A stretch of 64,000 nt of DNA from a virus. The number at the start of each line of letters is the position of its first letter. The stretch's first letter is position 1. The notes below the pieces were generated by a model. It saw only the letters and a program-made list of their open reading frames with translations, was not told the origin of the DNA and made no database searches. Location: the IMG/VR virus record IMGVR_UViG_3300047546_001263, positions 1 to 64,000 of that record. One strand, given 5' to 3'. This document shows positions 26,813 to 36,658 of the stretch, in pieces. The translations under genes were made by a program, and so were the position numbers.

Positions 26813-26910
26813 AAGTATATGTTATGTTAGCTGTTAGCACAACGATTCTTACGAAACTTTTAGTCTAGTATAAATATCGAGGATTTGTGTTTACCGGGGT
26901 GTTTTTTTGA

Positions 26911-27666
26911 TTAAGAAACACAAGTAAATCCGTAGTTTATTGAATAAGTACAGCCACCGAATGTATTAACATACCCGCCAACAACACATACATTTTGAGA
27001 TTGGTAAGCTCCTAAGTAATAACTTTGATAAGATCCACCGCAAGCTGTATATGCAACAAAGCCTCCACAGGTTCCTCCGTTTACTTGCATATAATAGCAA
27101 ACTTGAGTAGTTGGTGCTCCGTATCCTGAAGGAGGAGCGACTGGTGAAGGTGTTGGGCTTGGAGTAACTGGACTAGGTGTTACCGGAGCTGCTGTTGGTG
27201 CTGCTGTTGGTGACGGAGTTACAGGTGCTGCTGTCGGAGCTGCAGTAGGACTAGGGGTTACCGGTGCGGCTGTTGGACTAGCTGTTGGACTAGCTGTAGG
27301 ACTAGGAGTAGGAGATTCAGACGGTGGAGCTGTTGGACTAGGAGTCGGTGATGGTGTTACTGGAGCGGCAGTTGGGGCAGGTGTTGGAGCTGGTGTTACT
27401 GGAGCGGCAGTTGGAGCGGCTGTTGGAGCAGGTGTAGGTACTATAGAATACACAAATAAATCTTCTGTACTACATTTACCTGTACTTTTAACATATAACA
27501 CATGGTACAGAGTATCTACATCTATATAATACCCGTCTACTAATTGCTGTCTTGTTACTCCAGTTGCAATTCTATTAGGGGCTGATATAGCTGTATGATA
27601 TACATCAAAAGGTCCTACTGTAGATCCTGCTGTTGTAATCTGTATTTTTAATGTTCTATTTGCCAT
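26911..27666 (-). CDS. Pro/Thr/Ala/Ser-rich protein with Cys-rich C-terminal domain (probable virion fibre/decoration)
   Basis: N-domain [12 protein letters not shown] shared with neighbour; [10 protein letters not shown] repeats. Confidence 0.7.
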   Translation of the reverse strand: MANRTLKIQITTAGSTVGPFDVYHTAISAPNRIATGVTRQQLVDGYYIDVDTLYHVLYVKSTGKCSTEDLFVYSIVPTPAPTAAPTAAPVTPAPTPAPTAAPVTPSPTPSPTAPPSESPTPSPTASPTASPTAAPVTPSPTAAPTAAPVTPSPTAAPTAAPVTPSPVTPSPTPSPVAPPSGYGAPTTQVCYYMQVNGGTCGGFVAYTACGGSYQSYYLGAYQSQNVCVVGGYVNTFGGCTYSINYGFTCVS

Positions 27667-27673
27667 TTAATTA

Positions 27674-28447
27674 CTATTGAATAGCTTCTACTTGACCTGA
27701 TCCTGGGGCTGGAGTTTCGCCTCCATAGCCTATAGTTGGTGCGAATCCACCACCACCACCTCCTCCACCTCCGGTAGGTGCTGGTGCGGTTGGTTCAGGT
27801 GTAACTGGACTAGGTGTTACAGGGCTAGGAGTAACTGGTGCTGGGTAAGTTGGACTAGGAGCTGGTGCTACTGGATTACTTACCGGGCTTGATACTGGTG
27901 ATGCATATACAGGAGCAGGGTTAGGTGCTGTAGTAGGTGCTGCTGTTGGTTCCGGAGTTACTGGTGCTGGAGTAACTGGAGCAGGAGTAACTGGAGCAGG
28001 AGTAGTTGGTTCCGGAGTTACTGGACTAGGTGTTACCGGAGCTGCTGTTGGTTCCGGAGTTACTGGTGCAGGAGTAACTGGTGCTGGAGTTACAGGAGCT
28101 GGAGTTACAGGAGCTGGAGTAACTGGTGCTGCTGTAGGGCTAGCAGTCGGGCTAGGAGTCGGAGCTGCTGTTGGACTAGGAGTAGGAGCTGCTGTAGGTG
28201 CAGCTGTAGGTGCACCTGTTGGTACAGTTAAATTAGCTACTCCTGTATTCCCACATACACCATTACTAACTACATAGAAGTCGTTTGTACCATCTGGTAC
28301 AGTTATATTAAATGGAGTAGTCATCTGGGTTCTTGTAAGTCCAGAGATTACTAGGTTAGACGGATTATTTGGATCAGTATGATAGAGTGAAAACGGACCT
28401 GCGTCTGTTCCTATCGATGTTCCTGTTATAGTTACTGTTATTGGCAT
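27674..28447 (-). CDS. Pro/Thr/Ala/Ser-rich protein
   Basis: N-domain IGTDAGPFSLYHT; VTPAP repeats. Confidence 0.7.
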   Translation of the reverse strand: MPITVTITGTSIGTDAGPFSLYHTDPNNPSNLVISGLTRTQMTTPFNITVPDGTNDFYVVSNGVCGNTGVANLTVPTGAPTAAPTAAPTPSPTAAPTPSPTASPTAAPVTPAPVTPAPVTPAPVTPAPVTPEPTAAPVTPSPVTPEPTTPAPVTPAPVTPAPVTPEPTAAPTTAPNPAPVYASPVSSPVSNPVAPAPSPTYPAPVTPSPVTPSPVTPEPTAPAPTGGGGGGGGGFAPTIGYGGETPAPGSGQVEAIQ

Positions 28448-28490
28448 CTTTCTTTATTTAATATAACGATTTCTAATAAATAGTCAAACT

Positions 28491-28706
28491 TTAAATTGCT
28501 GAAAGTATCTCAGCTTTTTTAGCTATGTATTCTTCCTCTGTTGCAGTTATAAAAGGTCCTTGTGCTAATACATTATCGTATAATGTAGAATTACCTCCAT
28601 CATGTCTGATTAACATCTGACCTTCTTTGACTAAACATACTGTCAAGCTTTTTGTTTCGTCGTCTAATTTTATTACTCTATCTGAGTCTTTTAAGTATTG
28701 TATCAT
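28491..28706 (-). CDS. hypothetical protein
   Basis: ORF within operon. Confidence 0.55.
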   Translation of the reverse strand: MIQYLKDSDRVIKLDDETKSLTVCLVKEGQMLIRHDGGNSTLYDNVLAQGPFITATEEEYIAKKAEILSAI

Positions 28707-28721
28707 ATCTTTAGTTTAATT

Positions 28722-31622
28722 TTATGCAAATTCTTCAGGTCCGCCACCACAAGATACACAAGAGTAATCACATGGTCCTACTTGAGCTTGACATCCATAT
28801 CCACAATCACAGTTATAATATCCTCCTGTTGGTGGTGGTATGTAAATTGGGGCTGCTTGTGGTGCTGGGGTATTTCCACAGAAGAACATACAATCTGCAA
28901 AAGAAGTAAATTCTCCTGCTCCTGGGTTAGAATAACAGTTTCCATTTCCATCACATGACCAGTCGTAAGTTACTACTGGAGCTGCTGTAGGTGAAGCTGT
29001 CGGACTAGCTGTTGGACTAGCTGTAGGAGCTGGATATGGAGCTGGTGTTACAGGAGCGGCTGTAGGGCTAGCTGTCGGACTAGGAGTCGGAGCGGCTGTA
29101 GGGCTAGCAGTTGGCGCTGGTGTAACTGGTGCTGCTGTAGGAGCTGCTGTAGGAGCTGGTGTTACAGGAGCGGCAGTAGGTGCAGCTGTTGGTGCCGGAG
29201 TCACAGGAGCGGCAGTAGGTGCAGCTGTTGGTGCCGGAGTCACAGGAGCTGCTGTAGGTGCACTGGTTGGGCTAGCTGTAACTGGAGCTGGATATACCGG
29301 ACTAGGTGTAGTTGGAGCTGCTGTAGGAGCTGCCGTTGGACTAGCTGTAGGTGAAGGAGTTACAGGAGCTGGAGTAACTGGTGCTGGAGTAACTGGTGCT
29401 GGAGTTACAGGAGCGGCTGTTGGAGCTGCTGTTGGTTCAGCAGTCGGACTAGGTGTAACTGGTGCTGCTGTAGGTTCTGAAGTCACAATTGGACTAGGTG
29501 TTACAGGAGATCCTCCACCTCCTTCAAATCCGGCTGGTGCAGGGTTAAATCCTCCGCATGAACCTAAACATTCATTATAGGTATAGCTACCAACTCCTGG
29601 TCCCATATAAACACAGCTACCGTTTATACAGTCATAATCAAATGATGAAAATGGTGCTGAAATCGGAGCTGAAACTGGTGCTGCTGTTGGTTCAGCAGTC
29701 GGACTAGGAGTTGGACTAGGTGTTACCGGTGAAGGATATACTGGGCTAGGTGTTACCGGTGATGGAGTAACTGGTGCTGCTGTAGGTGCTGCTGTAGGAG
29801 AAGCTGTCGGACTAGGAGTCGATACCGGAGCTGGATATCCAGGGGCAGGTGTTACTGGTGCTGGTGTTACTGGACTAGGAGTCGGTGCGGCTGTTGGTGA
29901 AGCTGTAATTGCAACACAATATTGACTACATTCTTGTAATGTACTATAAGATCCTGCTCCTGGTCCCATATAAGTACATTGACCATCTACGCAATCCCAA
30001 TCAAAAGAAGAGGCTGTAGGACTTGGTACAACTGTTGGTTCAGGTGTTACAGGAGCTGCTGTCGGACTAGGAGTCGGACTAGGTGTTACTGGTGAAGCAT
30101 ATGAAGGACTAGATACCGGAGCCGATACTGGGCTAGGGGTTACTGGTGCTGGTGTTGTAGGAGCAGGTGTTACGTCAGTAGGGGCTGGAGTTGTAGGAGA
30201 TGGTGTTACTGGTGAAGCATATGAAGGACTAGATACCGGAGCCGATACCGGACTAGGGGTAGTAGGAGCTGGTGTAACTCCAGTAGGTGCTGGAGTTGTA
30301 GGAGATGATACCGGTGATACATAAGTAGGACTAGGTGTTACTGGTGATGGAGTAACTGGTGATGGAGTAACTGGTGATGGAGTAACTGGTGCTGGTGTTG
30401 GACTAACTATTAAACATCCACCATCAGTAGTACAAGTACCACCTTGTTCAAATATGTAAGCTCCACCTGTTACTTCTACACCTCCTTGAATAAAGACTGG
30501 GATATTATATGGAGAAGTTAAGCTTACGCAAATTCCAGCAGTATACGTACCGTCTCCATTATCCATAGTATCTAAACTATTGATTAACCGATCTGTTACT
30601 ATATCATCATAAGATGTTCTATATCTTACATATAAGTCATTCGGTACAGTACTGTATGTTATTGTATAGCAATTACCTGTAGGTAATACCGGAGCCGGTG
30701 TTGGACTAGGAGTCGGTGCAGCTGTCGGTGCTGCTGTAGGAGCTGGTGTTACTGGTGCAGCGGTAGGTTCAGCAGTTGGTGACGGAGTCACAGGAGCTGG
30801 TGTTACCGGAGCTGGTGTTACTGGAGCATTAGTTGGAGCAGCAGTAGGTTCTGCAGTCGGACTAGGAGTTACCGGTGCGGCAGTAGGTTCAGCAGTTGGT
30901 GACGGAGTCACAGGAGCTGCTGTTGGAGCATTAGTCGGTGCTGGTGTTGGACTAGGAGTAGGAGCTGTAGTAGGACTAGGAGTTGGTGCAGCAGTAGGAG
31001 CGCTAGTTGGTGCTGCTGTCGGGGCAGGGGTATTTAATAAAGCAATAAACTTAATATCACATTCTGCTCCTGTTATATCTAAGGTACAATCTCTTTCAAA
31101 TACAGCATATAAAGTATTAATACTACTACTATAAGGTACGTTAATTAAATGGTTGGTTGAATAAGTAGGAAAGTTAATATCAAATGCAGCAGCTCCTTGA
31201 GGGCGTGCTGAGTTCCATTTTCTACCTGTTACCCATTTCTTAAGTACAAAGCCTGCTGATCCGGTAGCTAAATAACTAGCAGACGGGTAAGGTTCATAAA
31301 TAAAAACTTTATTAGATCCAGAAATACCACCTTCGTATTGTTGTGCATATGAAGAAGTAAGTGCTGGACCTACTAATCTAACTGCTCCTGTTGGAAACAT
31401 TACTGCAGATCCGTCTGTGTCTGAACCTGTTACAAATGCATTGAAGTAGAAGCCCCATTTACCGCGAAAATAATCCATATCATCTTCGACTGTATAAAAG
31501 CCTTGTCTAGCTGGCCAGACATGTGAATGCAGACCCTGTAAATCATTTTCAACAAGAAAATCATTTAAGTGATCGTCAACATTTATTCCACTACCGGTAT
31601 TGGGGAACTGATAACTTGGCAT
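28722..31622 (-). CDS. large PAST-rich extensin/mucin-like protein with three Cys-rich modules
   Basis: Extensive AP/TP/SP repeats; [WY]xC..G.C....PG.G.[YF]....C...C three times; no signal peptide. Confidence 0.75.
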   Translation of the reverse strand: MPSYQFPNTGSGINVDDHLNDFLVENDLQGLHSHVWPARQGFYTVEDDMDYFRGKWGFYFNAFVTGSDTDGSAVMFPTGAVRLVGPALTSSYAQQYEGGISGSNKVFIYEPYPSASYLATGSAGFVLKKWVTGRKWNSARPQGAAAFDINFPTYSTNHLINVPYSSSINTLYAVFERDCTLDITGAECDIKFIALLNTPAPTAAPTSAPTAAPTPSPTTAPTPSPTPAPTNAPTAAPVTPSPTAEPTAAPVTPSPTAEPTAAPTNAPVTPAPVTPAPVTPSPTAEPTAAPVTPAPTAAPTAAPTPSPTPAPVLPTGNCYTITYSTVPNDLYVRYRTSYDDIVTDRLINSLDTMDNGDGTYTAGICVSLTSPYNIPVFIQGGVEVTGGAYIFEQGGTCTTDGGCLIVSPTPAPVTPSPVTPSPVTPSPVTPSPTYVSPVSSPTTPAPTGVTPAPTTPSPVSAPVSSPSYASPVTPSPTTPAPTDVTPAPTTPAPVTPSPVSAPVSSPSYASPVTPSPTPSPTAAPVTPEPTVVPSPTASSFDWDCVDGQCTYMGPGAGSYSTLQECSQYCVAITASPTAAPTPSPVTPAPVTPAPGYPAPVSTPSPTASPTAAPTAAPVTPSPVTPSPVYPSPVTPSPTPSPTAEPTAAPVSAPISAPFSSFDYDCINGSCVYMGPGVGSYTYNECLGSCGGFNPAPAGFEGGGGSPVTPSPIVTSEPTAAPVTPSPTAEPTAAPTAAPVTPAPVTPAPVTPAPVTPSPTASPTAAPTAAPTTPSPVYPAPVTASPTSAPTAAPVTPAPTAAPTAAPVTPAPTAAPTAAPVTPAPTAAPTAAPVTPAPTASPTAAPTPSPTASPTAAPVTPAPYPAPTASPTASPTASPTAAPVVTYDWSCDGNGNCYSNPGAGEFTSFADCMFFCGNTPAPQAAPIYIPPPTGGYYNCDCGYGCQAQVGPCDYSCVSCGGGPEEFA
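29164..29249. repeat. perfect 39-bp tandem repeat (2.2 copies) within PAST-rich gene
   Basis: acaggagcggcagtaggtgcagctgttggtgccggagtc x2. Confidence 0.85.
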
Positions 31623-31659
31623 CTACCTATACTAATTAATTATATTTTATAAATAGCAA

Positions 31660-32631
31660 TTAAGACTCTATTTTACTTGCTATCCATTTATAAGTTTCAG
31701 TTAAACCTATATGTAGAGGTTGAGATGGTGCCCAACCTAACTTCTCTTTAATCAAAGTGTTGTCTGATGTTCTACCTCTCACTCCTTGTGGGCCTGGTAT
31801 ATTCTTAATTTCAATATTCTTATTTGCTAGACTAGCTACTAACTTAGCTAACCCGTTCATTGAGATAATCTCTTCTGATCCTATATTAATAGGTTCTTTA
31901 TAGTCCGAATTCATCAATCGTCGAACGCCTTCTACAGCTTCATCTATATAGAGGAACGAACGGGTTTGTAAACCATCACCCCACACTTCGATTTCGCCAT
32001 TTGTAGGGGTTTTAGCAACCTTGCGACATATTGCTGCTGGTGCTTTCTCTTTTCCTCCGTCAAATGTACCTTCTGGTCCAAATATATTATGGAAACGAGC
32101 GATTCGTATATCTATACCGTAGTTTCGGTTATAAGTTGCGTATAAACGTTCTGAAAATAGCTTTTCCCATCCATACTCTGAATCAGGTTGTGCTGGGTAA
32201 ACTGAATCTTCTTTGCAGTTTGGATTTTCAGGGTCTAACTGGTTATGCTCGTTATAAACACAAGCAGATGATGCATAGAATATCTTTTTAACGTTTTTCT
32301 TTTGTGCTTCGTTTAAAACGTTCAGATTTATTAACATAGAGTTGTGAACTACATCTGCATCATGATCTCCGGTGTTGATATAACCTGCTCCTCCCATATC
32401 TGCTGCTAATTGGTAAACCTCATCAAAAGGTTCTTGGAAAGGTGCGTACATTATAACTGATGTCTTCAAAGGATCTCGCAAATCAGCAATAACAAAGTCA
32501 TCTGCTGTTGAATCTGAGAAGTCTGGGTATTTAATATCTACTCCTCTCACCCAGTATCCTTCTGATTTTAATCTTGTAACTAAATGTGAACCGATAAAAC
32601 CACCGGCACCTAATACTAATGCTGTTTTCAT
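31660..32631 (-). CDS. GDP-mannose 3,5-epimerase-like SDR
   Basis: GAGGFIG, LAADMGGAGYI, ASSACVY, YGWEKLFSE, GGKEKAPAAICRK, GPQGVRGR. Confidence 0.88.
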   Translation of the reverse strand: MKTALVLGAGGFIGSHLVTRLKSEGYWVRGVDIKYPDFSDSTADDFVIADLRDPLKTSVIMYAPFQEPFDEVYQLAADMGGAGYINTGDHDADVVHNSMLINLNVLNEAQKKNVKKIFYASSACVYNEHNQLDPENPNCKEDSVYPAQPDSEYGWEKLFSERLYATYNRNYGIDIRIARFHNIFGPEGTFDGGKEKAPAAICRKVAKTPTNGEIEVWGDGLQTRSFLYIDEAVEGVRRLMNSDYKEPINIGSEEIISMNGLAKLVASLANKNIEIKNIPGPQGVRGRTSDNTLIKEKLGWAPSQPLHIGLTETYKWIASKIES

Positions 32632-32635
32632 TTTA

Positions 32636-34198
32636 TTATTTTTTAATATAGTAATCTTCTAATACTAATCCATCCATTTGTGTGTTATTCAACATCCAAA
32701 CTGCGTCTTTGTAGCTGTTTAGTATTGGCTTACCTCCTATATTAAAGGAAGTATTTAATAACACACCTACACCTGTTCTTTCATGTATTAAAGTTAATAA
32801 GTTGTAAAGGAATGGATTCTGTTCTTTAGTAACTGTCTGTACTCTAGCTGTTCCATCTACGTGAGTAACAGCTTTCAAGACATCTCTATACTCTTCTCTA
32901 ACTTTAGGACAAAAAGACATCCATCTAGACTCCTGATCGAATTCAAAATACTTGTTTACATCTTCTAGTCTAACCACTGGTGCGAAAGGTCTGTAGTATT
33001 CTCTATTTTTTACCTTAGCATTCAAAGTATCTTTCATACCCGGTAAGCAAGGATTGCATAAAATACTTCTGTTACCTAACGCTCGTGGTCCTACTTCTGA
33101 TCTACCTCTAACTACTCCTATTATTCTACCTTTTATAATCTCGTCTGCTAAAGCTTCAGTAACTTTTTCTGCTTTATAGCTTTGTACGTAGTCTTGAAGT
33201 TGAAACTTATCCCAAGCTTCCGGACCTGCGTATGTTGCATCAAAGGCTTCTTTAGGTTTAAGAAAATCTAACATAAACCCTAATGAAAGCCCACAGTCAC
33301 TTGGGTTTGGTGGTATAAAAGTCTTTGTTATGTTGTTTAATTTTGTATTATTAAGAATATTTAAACCACATCCTCCAGCGATTGCTAAATTATTATTAGC
33401 TTTTGCTATATCATCTTTACTTACTTCGAAAAAAATATCTTCAAATACTTTTTGAGAAGTAGCTGCTATATCTAACTCTAGTTGACCAGTAAGTTCATCT
33501 GGGAATCCTAAAGCTTCTTTCATTTTATTGTAATTAAACTCTCTTAATTCCCTAGTACCGTGGTGTCCTGTGTAAAACTCTCTCATAACAGGAATAAATT
33601 CTTCTCGAATATTTCCATATCCACATAATCCCATTAACTTACCTGCATAAACTAGGTAAGCTTTAACCCAATCTTCACGTTTAATAGAAGAACAATAATG
33701 TCCTATTTCAGCATACTTTTCTCCGATATTATAATCGTAATTCATCCAAGAAAATTTAACTCCTTCTTCTCTAGTAGCTGTATAAAAATTAAAACATCCA
33801 TCGTTTCCTCCGCCGTCGTATGTAATTATTACAGCTTCTTGTAGGTCTGATTGGTAAAAAGCTCCTGAAGCATGACCAAACTGGTGAAATACTTCTACTA
33901 ATTTCTTAGCATTAAAAAAAGATAAAAACTTACTTTCACTTCCTAAGTAGTTTATATAGGTACGGGTATCTTCTTGATTGCAAATTAAATGTTCGTATTC
34001 TTCTGCTCCGTACTTATCTTTAAAATACTTTAGAATATCTTTTATTACATTAAAAGGTTCGTGAGCAGGTAAATACCAAATTAAACCTCCGTTTTTGATA
34101 TTAGTGTAACGTTCTACTTCTAATACTTCTAGTATCTTCCCATCTTTAGCTAAAGTGAGAGAAGCGTTATGTCCTGAATATAGTGCTAAATTATACAT
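32636..34198 (-). CDS. carbamoyltransferase (NodU/CmcH family)
   Basis: GHNAS, HQFGHA, DGGG, AGKLMGL, GPRALGNRS, RPFAP, LNTSFN. Confidence 0.92.
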   Translation of the reverse strand: MYNLALYSGHNASLTLAKDGKILEVLEVERYTNIKNGGLIWYLPAHEPFNVIKDILKYFKDKYGAEEYEHLICNQEDTRTYINYLGSESKFLSFFNAKKLVEVFHQFGHASGAFYQSDLQEAVIITYDGGGNDGCFNFYTATREEGVKFSWMNYDYNIGEKYAEIGHYCSSIKREDWVKAYLVYAGKLMGLCGYGNIREEFIPVMREFYTGHHGTRELREFNYNKMKEALGFPDELTGQLELDIAATSQKVFEDIFFEVSKDDIAKANNNLAIAGGCGLNILNNTKLNNITKTFIPPNPSDCGLSLGFMLDFLKPKEAFDATYAGPEAWDKFQLQDYVQSYKAEKVTEALADEIIKGRIIGVVRGRSEVGPRALGNRSILCNPCLPGMKDTLNAKVKNREYYRPFAPVVRLEDVNKYFEFDQESRWMSFCPKVREEYRDVLKAVTHVDGTARVQTVTKEQNPFLYNLLTLIHERTGVGVLLNTSFNIGGKPILNSYKDAVWMLNNTQMDGLVLEDYYIKK

Positions 34199-35117
34199 TA
34201 ACTAGTTTTTTATTTATAAAATCAATACCTGCATAATCTGCGTATTGTTGTAATGTTCTCTGTGTTCCTAATCCGTACTTACCTAAATCTCCTCCTTCTA
34301 TTAACATCCTAAGCCTTTCTATTGCAGCTCTATGTCTTGTATGTGCCTCTATGCTAGGTGCTGTATTGTAGTGTTTTTTAGGTACTGCATTATGTGTTCT
34401 ATGCCATGCAACTATTTGCGAAGGTGTATATAAGTCATAACCGTGAGTATAAGACCTGATAGCTAAAGCAAACTCTTCCCCTGTATAATAGTGTTCTGGG
34501 TCTTGCTCAACCTTAACTACCCATTCACCGTCTGTAAATATAAAACCTCCGTATAATAATATAATACTTTTTGGCTGAAATCCAATGTTTATTTCATTTT
34601 CGTATCCCCCATAGTTAGGCCAGTATTCTGCTGTTAAGCTTGCAATCTTAGGAATGTTCATTCTATCTAAATTATTAAAATGTCGATATGAATGATCTAC
34701 TCCAGTTTCATCATCTCTATGATAAGGTGGTGGTAAGAAAGATAGTAATGGTTTAATTCCTGTAGAAGCTAAAGCTTCGTAATCTTTTATAAGAATCTCA
34801 TCCCAATCTTGTATAAACCGAGTATGTGAATCTACCTGTAAACTATATTTCTCTCCATTATAGTTAGACTGTGCAATCTGTCTCGCCCAACATCCACCTT
34901 TTGATTCTTCATAAGGAAATTTTATAACTTTTAAATTATAAAAATCTACAAGATCGTCTATACAACTCTTTCCTGTTTTAACTTTATCGTCGTACTGAAG
35001 GCATACTGAGAAGTGCAAGTTTTCAGGGTACTTAGCAGTCCTTATACAGTCTAAGATTGTGAAACGTATTTCATAATCTAAGTAACTAGCAATAGCTATA
35101 AAAATTGTATTATCCAT
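34191..35117 (-). CDS. GT60/Gnt1-like (Skp1-hydroxyproline GlcNAc-transferase-like) glycosyltransferase
   Basis: IFIAIASYLD, SKGGCWAR, LQVDSHTRF..DWD, YTGEE...RSYTHGYDLY.P. Confidence 0.82.
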   Translation of the reverse strand: MDNTIFIAIASYLDYEIRFTILDCIRTAKYPENLHFSVCLQYDDKVKTGKSCIDDLVDFYNLKVIKFPYEESKGGCWARQIAQSNYNGEKYSLQVDSHTRFIQDWDEILIKDYEALASTGIKPLLSFLPPPYHRDDETGVDHSYRHFNNLDRMNIPKIASLTAEYWPNYGGYENEINIGFQPKSIILLYGGFIFTDGEWVVKVEQDPEHYYTGEEFALAIRSYTHGYDLYTPSQIVAWHRTHNAVPKKHYNTAPSIEAHTRHRAAIERLRMLIEGGDLGKYGLGTQRTLQQYADYAGIDFINKKLVNV

Positions 35118-36657
35118 TCTTCTTAATATAATAGTCTTCTAATAAAAGAGCATCCATTTGTTTATTATCCAAAACCCAAAGTGCATCTTCATACGTATTC
35201 AGAATTGGTTTTCCTGCTATATTAAAAGATGTATTTAAAATTACTCCTATACCTTTTTGGTTATGCATTTCAGTCAACAAGTCGTATAGAAATTCATTTT
35301 GTTTTCTTGTAACCGTCTGTACTCTAGCAGTTCCGTCAACATGAGTAATAGCTTTTAAAATATCTTTATATTCGTCTTTAACTTCAGGACAAAAAGACAT
35401 CCATCTTGATTCTTTATCCCAGTTAAAGTACTTATTTACATCTTCTAATCTAACTACTGGTGCGAAAGGTCTGTAGTATTCCCGTCCTTTCACTTTAGCA
35501 TTTAGAGTATCTTTCATCTCTCCAATAGTTGGATCACATATGATACTTCTATTTCCTAAAGCTCTTGGACCGTGCTCTGATCTACCTCTAACTACACCAA
35601 CTATTTCTCCTTTTATTAATTTCTGAACTAGTTCTGCTATTTCAATCTTAGTACCTTTTCTCTCATAAAGTAATTTAGGAAGTAACTTTCTATCCCAAAC
35701 TTCCGGACCTAGATAAGTTGTGTCTACCGGTACGTGTGGTCTCATTTTACTACAAACTAACCCTACTGCTAATCCTGTATCGTTTGGATTAGGAGTCACA
35801 AAAGTCTCTCTCTTCAGAGCTAGTTTAGTGTTTAGTAGTATATTTAACCCACATCCTCCGGTAATAATAAGCGGTAAGTCGTTATGGAGTTCTAAGATAT
35901 TTCTTGTTTCTTCTTCAAATAACTGCTCAAAGACATACTGATTAGTTGCAGCTAAGTTCTTTGCATAGTTACCTTCATATCGTATCTGTTCCGATTCTAT
36001 GTTGAATATCTTCATAAAGCGAGTTAATGCTTCACTTATATTATCTGTTGTATTAGAAGCATAGAATTCTCGAAAAGGTTGTACTAAAGAATCATCTACT
36101 TTTCCAAAACCAGCTAATCCCATTAATTTTCCAGCATATACTAGATTACCTGTATAAATCCATTCTTGTTTTATATCTGAGATGAAGTGAGCAGGCATCA
36201 TATAAGAAACAGCGTAGTCTTTTTTACCTACGTATATCTTCTCTATAGGAGTTTCACTTCTTTTATCCCCTAAGTAAATGTTAAAGAAACCTTCGTCACT
36301 TCCTCCATCAAAAGAAATAATTAAAGCTTTTTCAAAGTTTGATTGGTATAGTCCGGAATATGCATGAGCTTCGTGATGAGGTAACCACTGGTAATTACCG
36401 GCTGGGAATATCTTCCACATCTCTTTATCTACCGAGTTGTATACTACATTATCGTATTTTTCTACTCCGTATTTTGTCTTAAAATAGTCTTTAATTTCTG
36501 TAAGTAGTTCAACTATATTCTCATGATGCCCCCAATAAAAAAAAGCAGCATTTTTTACATTTATTAATCGCTCTAACTCTACTACTTCTAAAACTTCTCC
36601 TTTGTAGGAAATAGCTAAGCTAGCATTATGCGACCCAAAAAAACCTAAATTAAACAT
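35110..36657 (-). CDS. carbamoyltransferase (NodU/CmcH family), paralog of 32636-34198
   Basis: GSHNAS, HHEAHA, DGG, AGKLMGL, GPRALGNRS, LNTSFN. Confidence 0.92.
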   Translation of the reverse strand: MFNLGFFGSHNASLAISYKGEVLEVVELERLINVKNAAFFYWGHHENIVELLTEIKDYFKTKYGVEKYDNVVYNSVDKEMWKIFPAGNYQWLPHHEAHAYSGLYQSNFEKALIISFDGGSDEGFFNIYLGDKRSETPIEKIYVGKKDYAVSYMMPAHFISDIKQEWIYTGNLVYAGKLMGLAGFGKVDDSLVQPFREFYASNTTDNISEALTRFMKIFNIESEQIRYEGNYAKNLAATNQYVFEQLFEEETRNILELHNDLPLIITGGCGLNILLNTKLALKRETFVTPNPNDTGLAVGLVCSKMRPHVPVDTTYLGPEVWDRKLLPKLLYERKGTKIEIAELVQKLIKGEIVGVVRGRSEHGPRALGNRSIICDPTIGEMKDTLNAKVKGREYYRPFAPVVRLEDVNKYFNWDKESRWMSFCPEVKDEYKDILKAITHVDGTARVQTVTRKQNEFLYDLLTEMHNQKGIGVILNTSFNIAGKPILNTYEDALWVLDNKQMDALLLEDYYIKKNG

Positions 36658-36658
36658 A

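Noticed and set aside
26911-31622. Repetitive DNA as a CRISPR array or DGR template/variable repeats
   Set aside because: Repeats are in-frame codon repeats with synonymous variation, with no constant repeat-unique spacer pattern; no cas or reverse transcriptase gene in the window
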